The position numbers and the translations under genes were made by a program. A stretch of DNA of 62,857 nucleotides, the filler included, from Thraustochytrium aureum (lineage: Eukaryota): assembly GCA_012862495.1 (NCBI GenBank). It is 6 parts of 5 records of this genome, joined end to end, with 100 filler letters (N's around TTAATTAATTAA, not from the genome) between each part and the next. Parts side by side here need not be neighbours in the genome. Positions count along the whole stretch, not along the records: positions 1 to 21,810 come from BLSG01000394.1; positions 21,911 to 40,882 come from BLSG01000395.1; 4 more parts are not named here. One strand, given 5' to 3'. Positions 12,294 through 23,171 of this stretch are shown here, piece by piece. Below the pieces are notes generated by a model, which was not told the origin of the DNA, searched no databases, and saw only the letters and a list, made by a program, of their open reading frames with translations. Positions within the stretch are counted from its first letter, which is position 1. Each line of letters opens with the position of its first letter.

Positions 12294-12917
12294 CGATTCC
12301 CTGCGCGCAGCTGCGCCTGGTCCTCCACGCACGACGCTTTATTGCGGAATTGCATGCGCGGAATTGCATACCTTACTGTACTTGTGCGAGACTTGAGGTC
12401 TCGTGAGCGCTTTCCAACGAGGGCGAAAGACCCTCGTTGCAAATGGCAAACGCTCGAGCGCTAGGCCAAGCTGGCGACCCGCACCTGCACCAGGGCAAGC
12501 TTCCGACTTGCATGAGGCGCGCTTGCGAATGCAGCACAGACAATGAATGACCAACGGACGACGACGACGAGCAGGACCAACTTGTTCTCAACGGACACCT
12601 GGCCGTTGAGAGTGATGTTCCGATCCTGTGGGGCTGGGTTGGGGTCACTTCACCACAACGCGTTTCGTGCGTTCATGCGGGCGCTCGAGTCTACGGCTCC
12701 ACAGGGAGAGCTATGCCGAGCAAGCGCTCATTTGTGACGCAACCTTGCACATCCTGGCCATGTTGCTTGCTTCGTTTTCGGATGCCTACGACTTTGTCAA
12801 GCTGGACCGAGCGGAGCCGCTCGCAACACCAGCGCACAAGCATGGCGCTCACGTGCAAGGCATCGGCGAGACGCGAAGCGCGGTTTCTAACCGTCACTGC
12901 ACGTGTCGCCGCGACCG

Positions 12918-13892
12918 TCACTGCACGTGTCGCCGCTTGGCTTCCGGACGAGCAGCTCCTTCAGGCACCAACTCGTGCTTTGCAGGCTGAAAACGCGCCG
13001 GCGCAAGCGCGACAACTAGAGAACGTAGGCGGTTCTCCTCCTCTTCAAGCTCTTGCAGTCGCGCTTCCAGACCAGCGCGTTTCTCCGAAGACACTTCACG
13101 TGCTGTCTTGTCCATGTACGCGTCTAGAGTATCGTCGTTTTCCCTTGCGGCTTCGGGCCCTGGCCCAGGATCGTGTATCTTTCCTCCTCCCGCCCGGTTT
13201 GCGTCGCGGCCCAGGCGCTCGAGACGTTGACGGACATCGGCTGCTTCCTTGAGAGCGCTTTGCAAGGATGAGGATGCGCTCTCGTATGTGACCTCGCCAG
13301 CGATCCTTGATTCGAGCAGAGCGGGTTTGGGCCTCCCACGTGCGCCCTCCACCGCGTCGTAGAGCTCTTCGTTTTCCTCGCCCACGTCGACAACGCCATC
13401 GCGGCAGTCAATGGCCGCAAATGTGACGTCTGACCCGCTTGCCCGGTCGCCGGGGTCATTCTCCAGGGCCCCATTCGGCCTGCTCGTCCCACGAGGCACG
13501 GTGCTCGAGCGCAAAGTACCGGTCCTTCCGCCCGCCTCATGCGTCGACAAGTTGCCATGCGTCTCGGTTTCGCCGTCCTGCGACGCGCACGAGAAGAGCA
13601 TCGTCCTCGTGGAGTGTCCGAAGCGCATGAGGTCCCCATCAACAAGAGCTGTGCGCGCCGCCTTCTCCAGGCGCTGCCCATTCACCCATGTACCATTCGT
13701 AGACAAATCGGTGATAAAGGCGCCGGCCTTGTCCAAGTCGAGCCTCGCGTGGCGCCGCGAGACGCTAGCATGGAGCAGGACAACGCGGCACTCTTCTTCG
13801 TCCTTGCCACAGAGCCACGAGCCCAGCGCCGGCAAGGCGATCGTTCGAAGCACCTGGCCATCCTTGATCTCCTCCAGCGCCGCGCCCTCCAT
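12918..13892 (-). CDS. FHA-domain protein, kanadaptin (SLC4A1AP)-like
   Basis: FHA motifs HASVSRRHA, DLSTNGTWVNG, GDLMRFGHSTR; C-terminal DDTLDAYM plus coiled coil as in kanadaptin. Confidence 0.8.
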   Translation of the reverse strand: MEGAALEEIKDGQVLRTIALPALGSWLCGKDEEECRVVLLHASVSRRHARLDLDKAGAFITDLSTNGTWVNGQRLEKAARTALVDGDLMRFGHSTRTMLFSCASQDGETETHGNLSTHEAGGRTGTLRSSTVPRGTSRPNGALENDPGDRASGSDVTFAAIDCRDGVVDVGEENEELYDAVEGARGRPKPALLESRIAGEVTYESASSSLQSALKEAADVRQRLERLGRDANRAGGGKIHDPGPGPEAARENDDTLDAYMDKTAREVSSEKRAGLEARLQELEEEENRLRSLVVALAPARFQPAKHELVPEGAARPEAKRRHVQ

Positions 13893-14222
13893 CCAAGGTC
13901 TCCTCGAGTGAGGTCTGCCGCTGCCGCCCAATACGATGCGTGGAACAGACACTTGCGATGCGTGGAACAGACACGACTGTTCGTCGTCGTCACGTTTCTA
14001 TCGAGCCCACACACAGTCCAGACCACCAACCATCGAGACGGACCAGGACGCGGCGAGCGCAGCCCAGGACAACGGCGAGAACAGCCCAGGACACCTGCGA
14101 AAGCAGTTCAGGGCGCCTGCGAGCACGGGCCAGGACGCCCACTCACTGGGCTCGCTGGGGGCTCGAAGCCGGCCGAGCGGCCCACGTCCGTCTGTTCGTA
14201 TCCAAAGCCCTGAGGCGTCAGA

Positions 14223-16697
14223 ATGGCGACCATGCCGGCGGTCGAGTACGCAGTGGTTGCCACAAGCAGCGAGCACGAACAGGCCGACTTGGGTGCACTG
14301 GGGCACAAGCTTGAGAAACGAGGAGTGAAGATCCTGACAACGACGAGCGCCGCGCACGAGGCGCTCATGACGGCGCAGGTGACCCACGAGCATGTGATCC
14401 GCGCAGAGGGGCGCATGCTGTCGCTCCTTGAGCAAGCCAGCATCGTGGTCGCTTCGTTNNNNNNNNNNNNNNNNNNNNNNNNNNNNNNNNNNNNNNNNNN
14501 NNNNNNNNNNNNNNNNNNNNNNNNNNNNNNNNNNNNNNNNNNNNNNNNNNNNNNNNNNNNNNNNNNNNNNNNNNNNNNNNNNNNNNNNNNNNNNNNNNNN
14601 NNNNNNNNNNNNNNNGATCGCTGCACTGATCCGTGCAGCCGCCCTGCGGCCCGACGCGTTTGTGGTTGTAACAAACGCAGACCACTTTCCAGTCTGCTAC
14701 CGTGGCGCCGTTGGGGGGCTATCGAGCGTAGGCGCGCGCTGGCGGCGCACGCCTTGCGCTACCTCGTAGCCCACGACTCGGTCCGCGTCAGAGCGCTCGC
14801 AGGGGCGACCGAGGCTGCCAAGCAGACCGTGCTGGTCGTGGGCGGTGGGGGCAGAGAGCACGCCATCGCCAGCAAGCTGTGCGCGTCCCCCCGCGTGGCC
14901 AAGGTGATCGTCGTCCCGGGAAACGGCGGTACCTTGGGCGGCAAGATGGAGTCGGTCGGCGGCGTTTCTGAACTCGACAACCTGGCCCTTGTCCAGCTTG
15001 CGCAAACCCGAGGCGTCAACCTCGTTGTCGTGGGGCCAGAGACACCCTTGGTCAATGGCCTCTCCGACGCGATGCGTGCCGCCGGGATCCCCTGTTTTGG
15101 GCCGAGCGCTCTGGCTGCCCGACTCGAGGGCTCGAAAGCGTTCAGCAAGGCCTTCATGGAGCGGCACGAGATCCCCACGGCGCGCTACGCCGCATTCACC
15201 GACCACGCCGCCGCGTTGCGCCATCTCGAGTCCGTGACGTACCCGGTCGTCATTAAAGCGAGCGGGTTGGCGGCTGGCAAAGGTGTCGTCCTGCCAGAGA
15301 CAACAGAAGAAGCCAAGAAGGAGCTGGCGCGCATGATGGTTGACTCGGCATTCGGCGACGCCGGGAAAGAAGTAGTTATCGAGGAGCGCCTGACCGGGGA
15401 GGAGGTCTCCGTGCTTGCCTTCTGCGACGGCGCCGCCGTGACCCTCCTGCCAGGGGCACAAGATCACAAGCGAGTTTTCGACAAGGACATGGGCCCGAAC
15501 ACCGGGGGCATGGGCGCCTACGCTCCGGCACCTATATTGGCACCTGTGCTCAAGGCCAGCGTAGCCCTCGAGGTCATCCAGCGTGCCGTGGACGGTGCGC
15601 TCATTGAGGGCTTTCCGTTCCAGGGGGTGCTGTACGCGGGGATCATCGTCACGCCGGATGGGCCCCGCGTGCTCGAGTTTAACTGCCGGTTTGGGGACCC
15701 GGAGACACAAGTCATCCTCCCGCTCCTTGAAAGCGACCTGTTTGAGATCATGATGCGTTGCACCTGCGGCACCCTCCTTGCACAACGAGTCCGGTTCTCG
15801 AAGGCCCACTGCGCTGGTGTCGTGCTGGCAGCGAAGGGCTACCCGGGCGCATACGCCAAGGGCGCACCGCTCAAGCAAGGCGCCGGGCTCCCAGACTGTG
15901 TCAAAGTCTTCCATGCCGGGACAGCGGTGCAGGAAGGCACGGTAGTGTCGAGCGGGGGCCGCGTGTTGGCTCTGACAGCCTCTCAGCCCACGCTCAAGGA
16001 GGCCCTCGCGGTGATCTACAAGACACTGGACAGCGGAGCGGTCGGATTTGACGAGGCGCACTTTCGCCGTGACATCGGCCAGCGCGCGCTGCGGCCCCCG
16101 ATCCGCCTTGGCGTCCTTGGTTCCACGCGCGGAACCGACTTGCAGTACATCATTGACGCCATCGAGAACGGCTGGCTCCGAGCAGAGATCAAGGTCGTCG
16201 TGAGCAACAAGAAGGACGCCTACATTGTGACGAGAGCGCGCGACCACGACTTGCACGCCGTCGTCCACTCGATGAAGGGCTGCGCGACGCGCGCCGACTT
16301 TGACAACCAGGTCACAGCCACGCTAAAGGAGCACGAGGTCGACCTCGTGCTGCTCATCGGCTACATGCGAATCCTCTCTGATGAGTTTGTGGACGCTTGG
16401 TTTGGCAAGGTATTCAACGTGCACCCCTCGCTCCTCCCGGAGTTTGCCGGCGGGATGGACCTCAACGTGCACCAAGCTGTCCTCGACGCAGGCAAGTCCG
16501 AGTCGGGGTGCACAATCCACCTAGTCACGCGCGAGGTGGACGGCGGGCCCATCATCGTGCAGCGCCGCTGCCCCGTCTATGCTGATGACGACTCGGACAA
16601 GCTCAAGGCACGTGTGCAGGCCTTGGAAGGCCCTGCCTTTTTCGAAGCGATCCAGATCTTTGTGCAGACCTGCATGCCGGATGTTCAGCTCGCCTAG
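14223..16697 (+). CDS. purD-purN: Fused purine biosynthesis protein: degenerate PurH-N (MGS-like) + GAR synthetase (PurD) + GAR transformylase (PurN)
   Basis: PurD: GGGGREHAI, LEGSKAFSKAFM, KASGLAAGKGV, QDHKR..GPNTGGMGAY, EFNCRFGDPETQ. PurN: VLGSTRGTDL, NVHPSLLP, GCTIHLVTREVDGGPII. N-terminus resembles the PurH cyclohydrolase domain. Gap 14459-14615; indel at G-run 14713-14718. Confidence 0.93.
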   Translation: MATMPAVEYAVVATSSEHEQADLGALGHKLEKRGVKILTTTSAAHEALMTAQVTHEHVIRAEGRMLSLLEQASIVVASXXXXXXXXXXXXXXXXXXXXXXXXXXXXXXXXXXXXXXXXXXXXXXXXXXXXXDRCTDPCSRPAARRVCGCNKRRPLSSLLPWRRWGAIERRRALAAHALRYLVAHDSVRVRALAGATEAAKQTVLVVGGGGREHAIASKLCASPRVAKVIVVPGNGGTLGGKMESVGGVSELDNLALVQLAQTRGVNLVVVGPETPLVNGLSDAMRAAGIPCFGPSALAARLEGSKAFSKAFMERHEIPTARYAAFTDHAAALRHLESVTYPVVIKASGLAAGKGVVLPETTEEAKKELARMMVDSAFGDAGKEVVIEERLTGEEVSVLAFCDGAAVTLLPGAQDHKRVFDKDMGPNTGGMGAYAPAPILAPVLKASVALEVIQRAVDGALIEGFPFQGVLYAGIIVTPDGPRVLEFNCRFGDPETQVILPLLESDLFEIMMRCTCGTLLAQRVRFSKAHCAGVVLAAKGYPGAYAKGAPLKQGAGLPDCVKVFHAGTAVQEGTVVSSGGRVLALTASQPTLKEALAVIYKTLDSGAVGFDEAHFRRDIGQRALRPPIRLGVLGSTRGTDLQYIIDAIENGWLRAEIKVVVSNKKDAYIVTRARDHDLHAVVHSMKGCATRADFDNQVTATLKEHEVDLVLLIGYMRILSDEFVDAWFGKVFNVHPSLLPEFAGGMDLNVHQAVLDAGKSESGCTIHLVTREVDGGPIIVQRRCPVYADDDSDKLKARVQALEGPAFFEAIQIFVQTCMPDVQLA

Positions 16698-16889
16698 TCC
16701 GGAGGCACGGGGATGGTGTTGCCACCGCTGGTCACCCAGAGCGCATGGCAAGTGTCAACGAAGCTCGTCTACAAACACAACAGTCGGTGGGCCGCGACGC
16801 CCTCAAGCACCGTCGCAGCAGCGAGCCGGTGCCCATTTCGGTCATGCAGCAGCGTTCGATAAGAGGAAAAAAATATTTTGGGGACTTGA

Positions 16890-19413
16890 TCAGCTCTTGG
16901 CTTCGCCAGCAGCGCCGTCCTCGTCCTCGTCCTCGTCCGAGGCCCGGCCCGCGTCGCCGGCCTCGTCGGGAGCTTTGGCCTCCTGAGCTTGAGTCGACGA
17001 GGCTGCCGGGGCGCCGTCTCCCTCTTCTTCATCTTGCTCGTCGTCGCTTTCCTGGGGACGGTCGCTGAACTTGGCCTTGATGGCTTTGAGCTCCTTGAGC
17101 TGCGCTTTGGGCAACACCTCCTGCGTGGTCCATTGCGTCTCGTAGAGCTCGACAAGGCGAACGAGCTGAGCTTCTGGCTTGGCGATACGGCGAGCCCTCT
17201 CCCAGCGATGCATGCGCAAGTTCATTTTGACGGCGCGGTACAGTAGCGGCGGATTGGACTGGAGCAGGATGGCCTCCGCGCTGTTGATGTCACGCTTGTA
17301 TAGCGCCAGCTCTGCCATGCGAGCCTTCTCACTCGGCAGGTCTTTGATAAAGAGGATGTAGTTGAGCTTGGCCACGTTCTGCAGCGAAGCAAGCCCGATC
17401 TCCGCAGAGTCAAGGTGGCACTTGTCGAGAGCCTTTGCTGCCAGAATAGCCCAAAGGAAGCGCTGGTCCACAAATCGGCAGAGCCGGATGGCATCCTCCC
17501 ACTTGCGCTGCTTGACGAGGTCGTGCAGCAACGCCGGGTACCGCGACACGGTGTTGGTAATGATCGATCCGCTATGCTCGCGCAATGTCACAAGTGTGTC
17601 GGTAAACGACACGATCCGCGGCTGTTTGGACGCGAGGTGTGGCGTCTCCACGGTCACGCTCGTGTCCTCGAGCAAGTCTTGGTCAACCCAAACCACACCA
17701 GGGTAAAAGAAAACCTGGAGCTTGTTGCCGCCATCCGCGGCAGCAACTAGGGCACCAGACTCGTTGAAGCGGATGCTTTCTACCATAGTGCTCGGCAGCT
17801 TGAAGGTGCGCTTCCCATGGGCCTGCACAAGAAGGTCGCCGTTGGAGTCTAAAAACGCAAGGAGGTCGTCCTCGCCAAGAGCAACCTGGACGATGTTCAG
17901 GTTGTGTTTGATAACCGCGATGGGCTTTGCTTTGGCAAGGTCGACAAGCCTGATCGCATCGCGGCTANNNNNNNNNNNNNNNNNNNNNNNNNNNNNNNNN
18001 NNNNNNNNNNNNNNNNNNNNNNNNNNNNNNNNNNNNNNNNNNNNNNNNNNNNNNNNNNNNNNNNNNNNNNNNNNNNNNNNNNNNNNNNNNNNNNNNNNNN
18101 NNNNNNNNNNNNNNNNNNNNNNNNNNNNNNNNTCTCGAGAACCGCCACGTACTTGTCGTTGATGGCCACTGTCGTGCGGTCGAGCAGCCCGGTGTTGATG
18201 CCGGCAAAGCACTGGGGGGGCGCCACGCGGCGGCCCTCGTACGTAAAGACGGTCCAAGCCGCCACAAAGTGCCGCTGGCTCTGGCACAGCACCGAGGCGC
18301 GCGAGGGCGGCAGGTCAATGATGCTAGGGGCTTGCAGGTCGTTCACGCTGTAAATGTGAACCTGCGGGGTCGCGGTGTGCACGAGGAGGTACCCAAAGTC
18401 GAGGGACATGTCAACGACGCGGTCCCGAAATACGAGCACTTCGGTGGCGTCGTCGAGGCTGTTTTGCACCTCAATCTGCTTGGCGTCTAGCATGATTGCC
18501 CGCATGTGCTTCCACTCGAGGCTGCGGTTGGCGACCTCTGCGACAACGACGGTCCCGCTTGCGCAGGCCCCGCCGAGAAGCGTGCCGTCCATGGTCCAGC
18601 ACAAGCCAAGAAGCGACCCTGTGTTGTTCAGGTCCTCGCGCGCAAGTGTCCAGCCTGTCTTGTCGCAAACCTTGAGGACGTTGAACGCCCCGACCGCGAA
18701 AGAAGACCCGTTGGGTGCCCACGCAAGGCACGTGACCACGTGCTCGAGCGGCGAGCTCGCGAATAGCTGCCTCCCGAACGCATCCCAGACCCTGTACTTG
18801 CAGTCTTCGCCGCCCGAGACGATCAGGTTGTTTACCGGGTTCCAGTCCACGGACAGGATTGTGCCGTCGTGCGCCTTCCACTGGATTTGCTTGTGTTGCT
18901 TTTGTTCGATTGTGAGAAGCTTGCCGCTTGAAAAAGGAGTGCGTCGTTGCGGCCCCAGCAGACGCAGTATACGGGGTGTCGCATCGTAGAGACCGTGTTT
19001 CGAAGCATGCCTACGCGGGACCAGACCTTGACACTGCCATCTTCGCCGCCAGTTGCGAGCGCAGTCCCATCTTGGCTCCAGGCCACGGAAATCGCGGCCC
19101 CCGCGCTGTAGGCCTGCACTTTCTTTTCCTCGCGCCCCGAGCTGATGTTTAGGATCACAAAGGTGCCGTCCGAGCACGTCACGGCGGCTGTGTCAGAGCC
19201 CTGCTTGTCGTTCACCGGCGGGCAATACGCCAGGTCGGTGGGGTACCCATCGAGGGAGCACACCGTCTCGCCCACGAGCTCCTCCGCGTCCAGGCGCTTC
19301 ACCGTCTTATCGTCCGAGCAAGTGAATAGCTCCTGGCCGTTCGGCAGCCACGTGCACGCAGTCACCATCTCTTGGTGCTGGTTTCGCGCGACCTTGCATG
19401 ACAGCTTGAGCAT
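16890..19413 (-). CDS. IFT80: Intraflagellar transport protein 80 (WDR56)
   Basis: WD40 repeats GEDGSVKVWSR.GMLR, QWKAHDGTILSVDWNPVNNLIVSGGEDCKYRVWDAFGRQLF, CDKTGWT; C-terminal KWEDAIRLCRFV..LWA. Indel at A-run 18931-18935; gap 17968-18132. Confidence 0.95.
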
Positions 19414-19479
19414 CTTGCGCTACAACCCTGCGGCTTGCTTTGCGTCCCGACTCTCGCCCGTCCTGCTGCCTGCCGACCG

Positions 19480-19560
19480 TGCTGCTGCTGCTGCTGCTGC
19501 TCTGCCGCCCTGCCGCTCTGCTGCTGCTTTGCTGCTGCTTGTTGCTCGTTGCTGCTGCTT
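19480..19560. repeat. (GCT)n-rich microsatellite just upstream of IFT80
   Basis: Visible GCTGCTGCT tracts. A similar tract lies upstream of uL23m (about 23672-23706). Confidence 0.8.
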
Positions 19561-19820
19561 GATGCTCGTTGCTGCCAAGCAGGAGAAGAAGCTGACCGTT
19601 ACGGAATAGCAACCTAACCTTCAGGTTAGGTCAGGGGAGTCGTCCAAGAAAAAAGAAAGGAAAAAGGGACACTTGAGTACAAACTGATGAGGAGGTAGAG
19701 CACAAGTACCTGCTCCCACTGGCATACTCTTGACCGCAGTTTCTACCTTTCCCTTTTCCTTTCTCCTTTCTCCTTTTCTTTTTCTTTTCTTTTCTTTTCT
19801 TTTTGTTGTCCGAGGCCCTG

Positions 19821-21810
19821 ATGACTGATGAGGCTTGCTTGTTTCTTGTGAGCAGGGAAGAGCAGAGCAGACCCGTCCGCGACGCCCGCCAAGCACCAAA
19901 CGCAGCAGCGCCCCTCCGCCCGACAGTGGCCGCCCAGCTACGCGCGCGCGGGTCGCCACAGGCCGGCGATACGCCTCCTCGTCGCAGGCAGCGGAGCTAC
20001 CCGAGGCAGGCCGGCGCGCTGTGTCTCGCGCGCGCGAGAGTTTCAGAAGAAAAGTCTTGCGTTGCGCAGGACGACCCGCACAGCGTCCTCGTGGACACCC
20101 GCAAGCCGTCCGAACGGCNNNNNNNNNNNNNNNNNNNNNNNNNNNNNNNNNNNNNNNNNNNNNNNNNNNNNNNNNNNNNNNNNNNNNNNNNNNNNNNNNN
20201 NNNNNNNNNNNNNNNNNNNNNNNNNNNNNNNNNNNNNNNNNNNNNNNNNNNNNNNNNNNNNNNNNNNNNNNNNNNNNNNNNNNNNNNNNNNNNNNNNNNN
20301 NNNNNNNNNNNNNNNNNNNNNNNNNNNNNNNNNNNNNNNNNNNNNNNNNNNNNNNNNNNNNNNNNNNNNNNNNNNNNNNNNNNNNNNNNNNNNNNNNNNN
20401 NNNNNNNNNNNNNNNNNNNNNNNNNNNNNNNNNNNNNNNNNNNNNNNNNNNNNNNNNNNNNNNNNNNNNNNNNNNNNNNNNNNNNNNNNNNNNNNNNNNN
20501 NNNNNNNNNNNNNNNNNNNNNNNNNNNNNNNNNNNNNNNNNNNNNNNNNNNNNNNNNNNNNNNNNNNNNNNNNNNNNNNNNNNNNNNNNNNNNNNNNNNN
20601 NNNNNNNNNNNNNNNNNNNNNNNNNNNNNCGTGTACCCGAGCAATCATCGCGGTCCCGCCGCCATCGGCGCAGCAGGCGGCCGATCAGCTCGTGCAGGCA
20701 GGCATCCGGCTCATACTCAACTATGCGCCTGTTAACCTGCGCGTCCCGATGGCCGTGGTGTGCGAGCGAATCGACCCGGCGCTGCATTTTTCCAGGCTTG
20801 CGCTCGAGCCTTCCCTGGTGGCTTCTATTCTCACTTCGGGCACCAGCTGCGCCAGGTCCAGGTCGGCCGAGGCCGAGCACATGAGCGCTTGGGACGCGGC
20901 CTGTGCGCTTGCACTTGAGGCGGGCAAACCGGGGCCAGAGCCGCGCGAGCGCTCGCGTCTCGAGCCGGCTGAACATGCGAACACCGTCTTCAGCCCCCTG
21001 CGAGGCGTGGTGGCTTCATTTCCGCTCTACATCGAGTATCTGACGATCGTGCGCATCGCCGAGCAAGCGAAGCGCGGTGCAGGCAGTGATGTGAACGTCC
21101 GGGACGAGTCGTTCTTTGCCTTTCTCCAGAGAGAAAAGACCAAGGCCCAAACCTGCGACGCAGAGGAGGGGCAACCGCTGGGGGCCGGCTGGCAATGCTC
21201 GGCGCGGAGCGAGGCCCAGAACGGCGACCACAGCGCGTTCGGCCGGGCAAATTCACGATCCACTTCAGCAAAGGCAGACTCACCAGAAGCCGACGGCCAG
21301 CACGTTCCGCCAGACCTCCACGGCTCCGCCATGCACCACGCAGACGGTGCCGGGCGCACGTCTACCTCGAGTGAGCCTCTCAGCTTCAATGGCGCCAGCC
21401 GAAGCGCTGGTCGTGTTCTACGGACCCCATCGCCGTCGCTGCTCTCCTGCCCTGCGGCTCAGGAGGCAAGGGACGCGAGTTTCGGCCCAGAACGCCCCGC
21501 TTCTGCTCCAGCCCCCCAACCCAAGGATCGCTCCCGGGAAAACAGCGAATGGGAGGCGGCACGAGGCCCGTGGAGTCTGCAGCGAGCTTGCCCGGTTCGT
21601 CTCGAAGACCTTCACGGTCTGGAGACCGCGAAGGAGACGGCTGCGTCGAGCCTGCAGTTCGACCCAGAGCTCGGGTTTGCCTTCTCAGGGATATTGCTGT
21701 ACGGCCCGCCTGGAAGCGGTAAGACGTCGTTGGCTTCGGCCGTGGCCGCCGATCTGTGCGAGGACTCGGCTATCCTCTCGGCCTCGCCCGGCGAACTCAC
21801 GAGCCCGGCT
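19821..21810 (+). CDS. Rex-like (redox-sensing repressor) domain reading into a VPS4/katanin-like AAA+ ATPase; internal gap, 3' truncated, start uncertain
   Basis: 20633-20800 encodes RAIIAVPPPSAQQAADQLVQAGIRLILNYAPVNLRVPMAVVCERIDPALHFSRL (Rex C-terminal pattern). The same frame continues without a stop to VRLEDLHGLETAKE...GILLYGPPGSGKTSLASAVA (AAA Walker A). Confidence 0.7.
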
Positions 21811-21910
21811 NNNNNNNNNNNNNNNNNNNNNNNNNNNNNNNNNNNNNNNNNNNNTTAATTAATTAANNNNNNNNNNNNNNNNNNNNNNNNNNNNNNNNNN
21901 NNNNNNNNNN
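21811..21910. other. Artificial scaffold linker (N-run, TTAATTAATTAA, N-run); others at 40883-40982, 55438-55537, 59684-59783, 61225-61323
   Basis: Identical six-frame-stop 12-mer centred in ~100-nt N blocks five times. Confidence 0.97.
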
Positions 21911-23052
21911 TTGCTGCGCAGCAGGTCGCAGCGCAGCAGGTCGCAGCGGCGCCCCAAGCGCCCGCGATGGCGGTTGCGGAGAGCCCTGCTAGCGAGAGGA
22001 GCGCGGCGGGCGCTGCCGCCGCGGAGGAGCTCAAACGCAAGGTCGCGGCCAAGGTCGCAGCCCAGCTCACAGCCGCCAAGCTGAGCGCCGAGGCGCGCCA
22101 GGACGGGTCGCCCGCGTTGCTCAAGTGGACCCAAGCGGAATGGGCAGCGTGGAAGGCGAGTCCGGCGCCCTCGCCAGTCCCCAACTCGCCCTTCGTCGTG
22201 ACCAAGGCACCCCTGTCCACCGTGTACGAGACCTCCATGGACAAGGGCGAAGAGCTTTTCACAACAGACTCGTTCTTCGAGGAGCAAACAAAAGCGGGCG
22301 CGGTACTCCCGCTCGTGATGGACGCGATCCCCGACCAAGGCACCATCCTGTACAACCGCGACGAGATCTATGACGAGTGGGACGCAGAGCGGGTGCCGAT
22401 CGCGATCGAGGACGGGCAGGGCGACGGGCTCGACCCCAAGCTGCTCCGGTTTGTACCGCCTAGCCGTGGGCAAGTCTCGGACTTTATCTCCTGCGTTCGC
22501 CGAGCGTTGGCGGATGATCCCGACGCCAAGATCGCTGTCGTTTCCACCCTCGGGTTCAACCGCGCCGGCCTGCTGGTGTGCTCTTTCCTGGTAGAAGTCG
22601 CCAGGATGCCGCTTGACAAGGCCGTGGCAGCGTTCGCTGAGGCGCGCCCGCCCGGCATTTACACCAAGTCGTGCATGCAGGCATTGCAGCGGCGCTACGC
22701 CCCGGCGGCCGAGCTCGTCGTGCCGGCTGCGCCGACCTGGGACACAGTGGCGCTCGAGCTTGGTGCGGCCAAGTCGGAGGCCTCCAAGCTCGCGGCTCTA
22801 GGGCAGGCCAAGCCGGCGCCCTTTCCGATCCCCCAAGGCCGGGCTCGCCCATTTCCGCAGAATGGCGGCGCAAGTCCCGCGAACGCGGCGGCCGCGAAAG
22901 CGCCCGGCCCTCCTCTGCAGGCCCCGGACGCCGGGGCAGCGGCGGACTTGCCAGCGCCGTGGGTGCGCGCATTTAGCAAGCGCGAAGGCAGGCACTACTT
23001 CTTCAACCCGGACACCAAACGCAGCGTGTGGAAGCTCGAGGACTGCAAGTAG
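21911..23052 (+). CDS. RNA 5'-triphosphatase-like (capping-enzyme/DUSP11-type) pseudophosphatase with C-terminal WW domain; 5' end possibly in the gap
   Basis: FVVTKAPL...IAVVSTLGFNRAGLLVCSFLVE...AVAAFAEARPPGIY...LQRRY matches the RNGTT triphosphatase domain. LPAPWVRAFSKREGRHYFFNPDTKRSVW is a WW domain. Confidence 0.85.
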
Positions 23053-23171
23053 CAAGCGAGGCTTCCCGCCGCGTTCGAAAGGGCGAGGGGCGGGGGCGGC
23101 ACCTCGCGATTTCCCATGTGCAAATGCATTTTTATACTCCCTACCAGTCCAGATCGCCGCGCTGCGCCGAC

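Noticed and set aside
14697..16268. Long antisense ORFs (also 46347-47447, 50067-51557, 58322-59677 and others)
   Set aside because: Shadows of GC-rich sense genes with strong third-position bias; no recognisable motifs.
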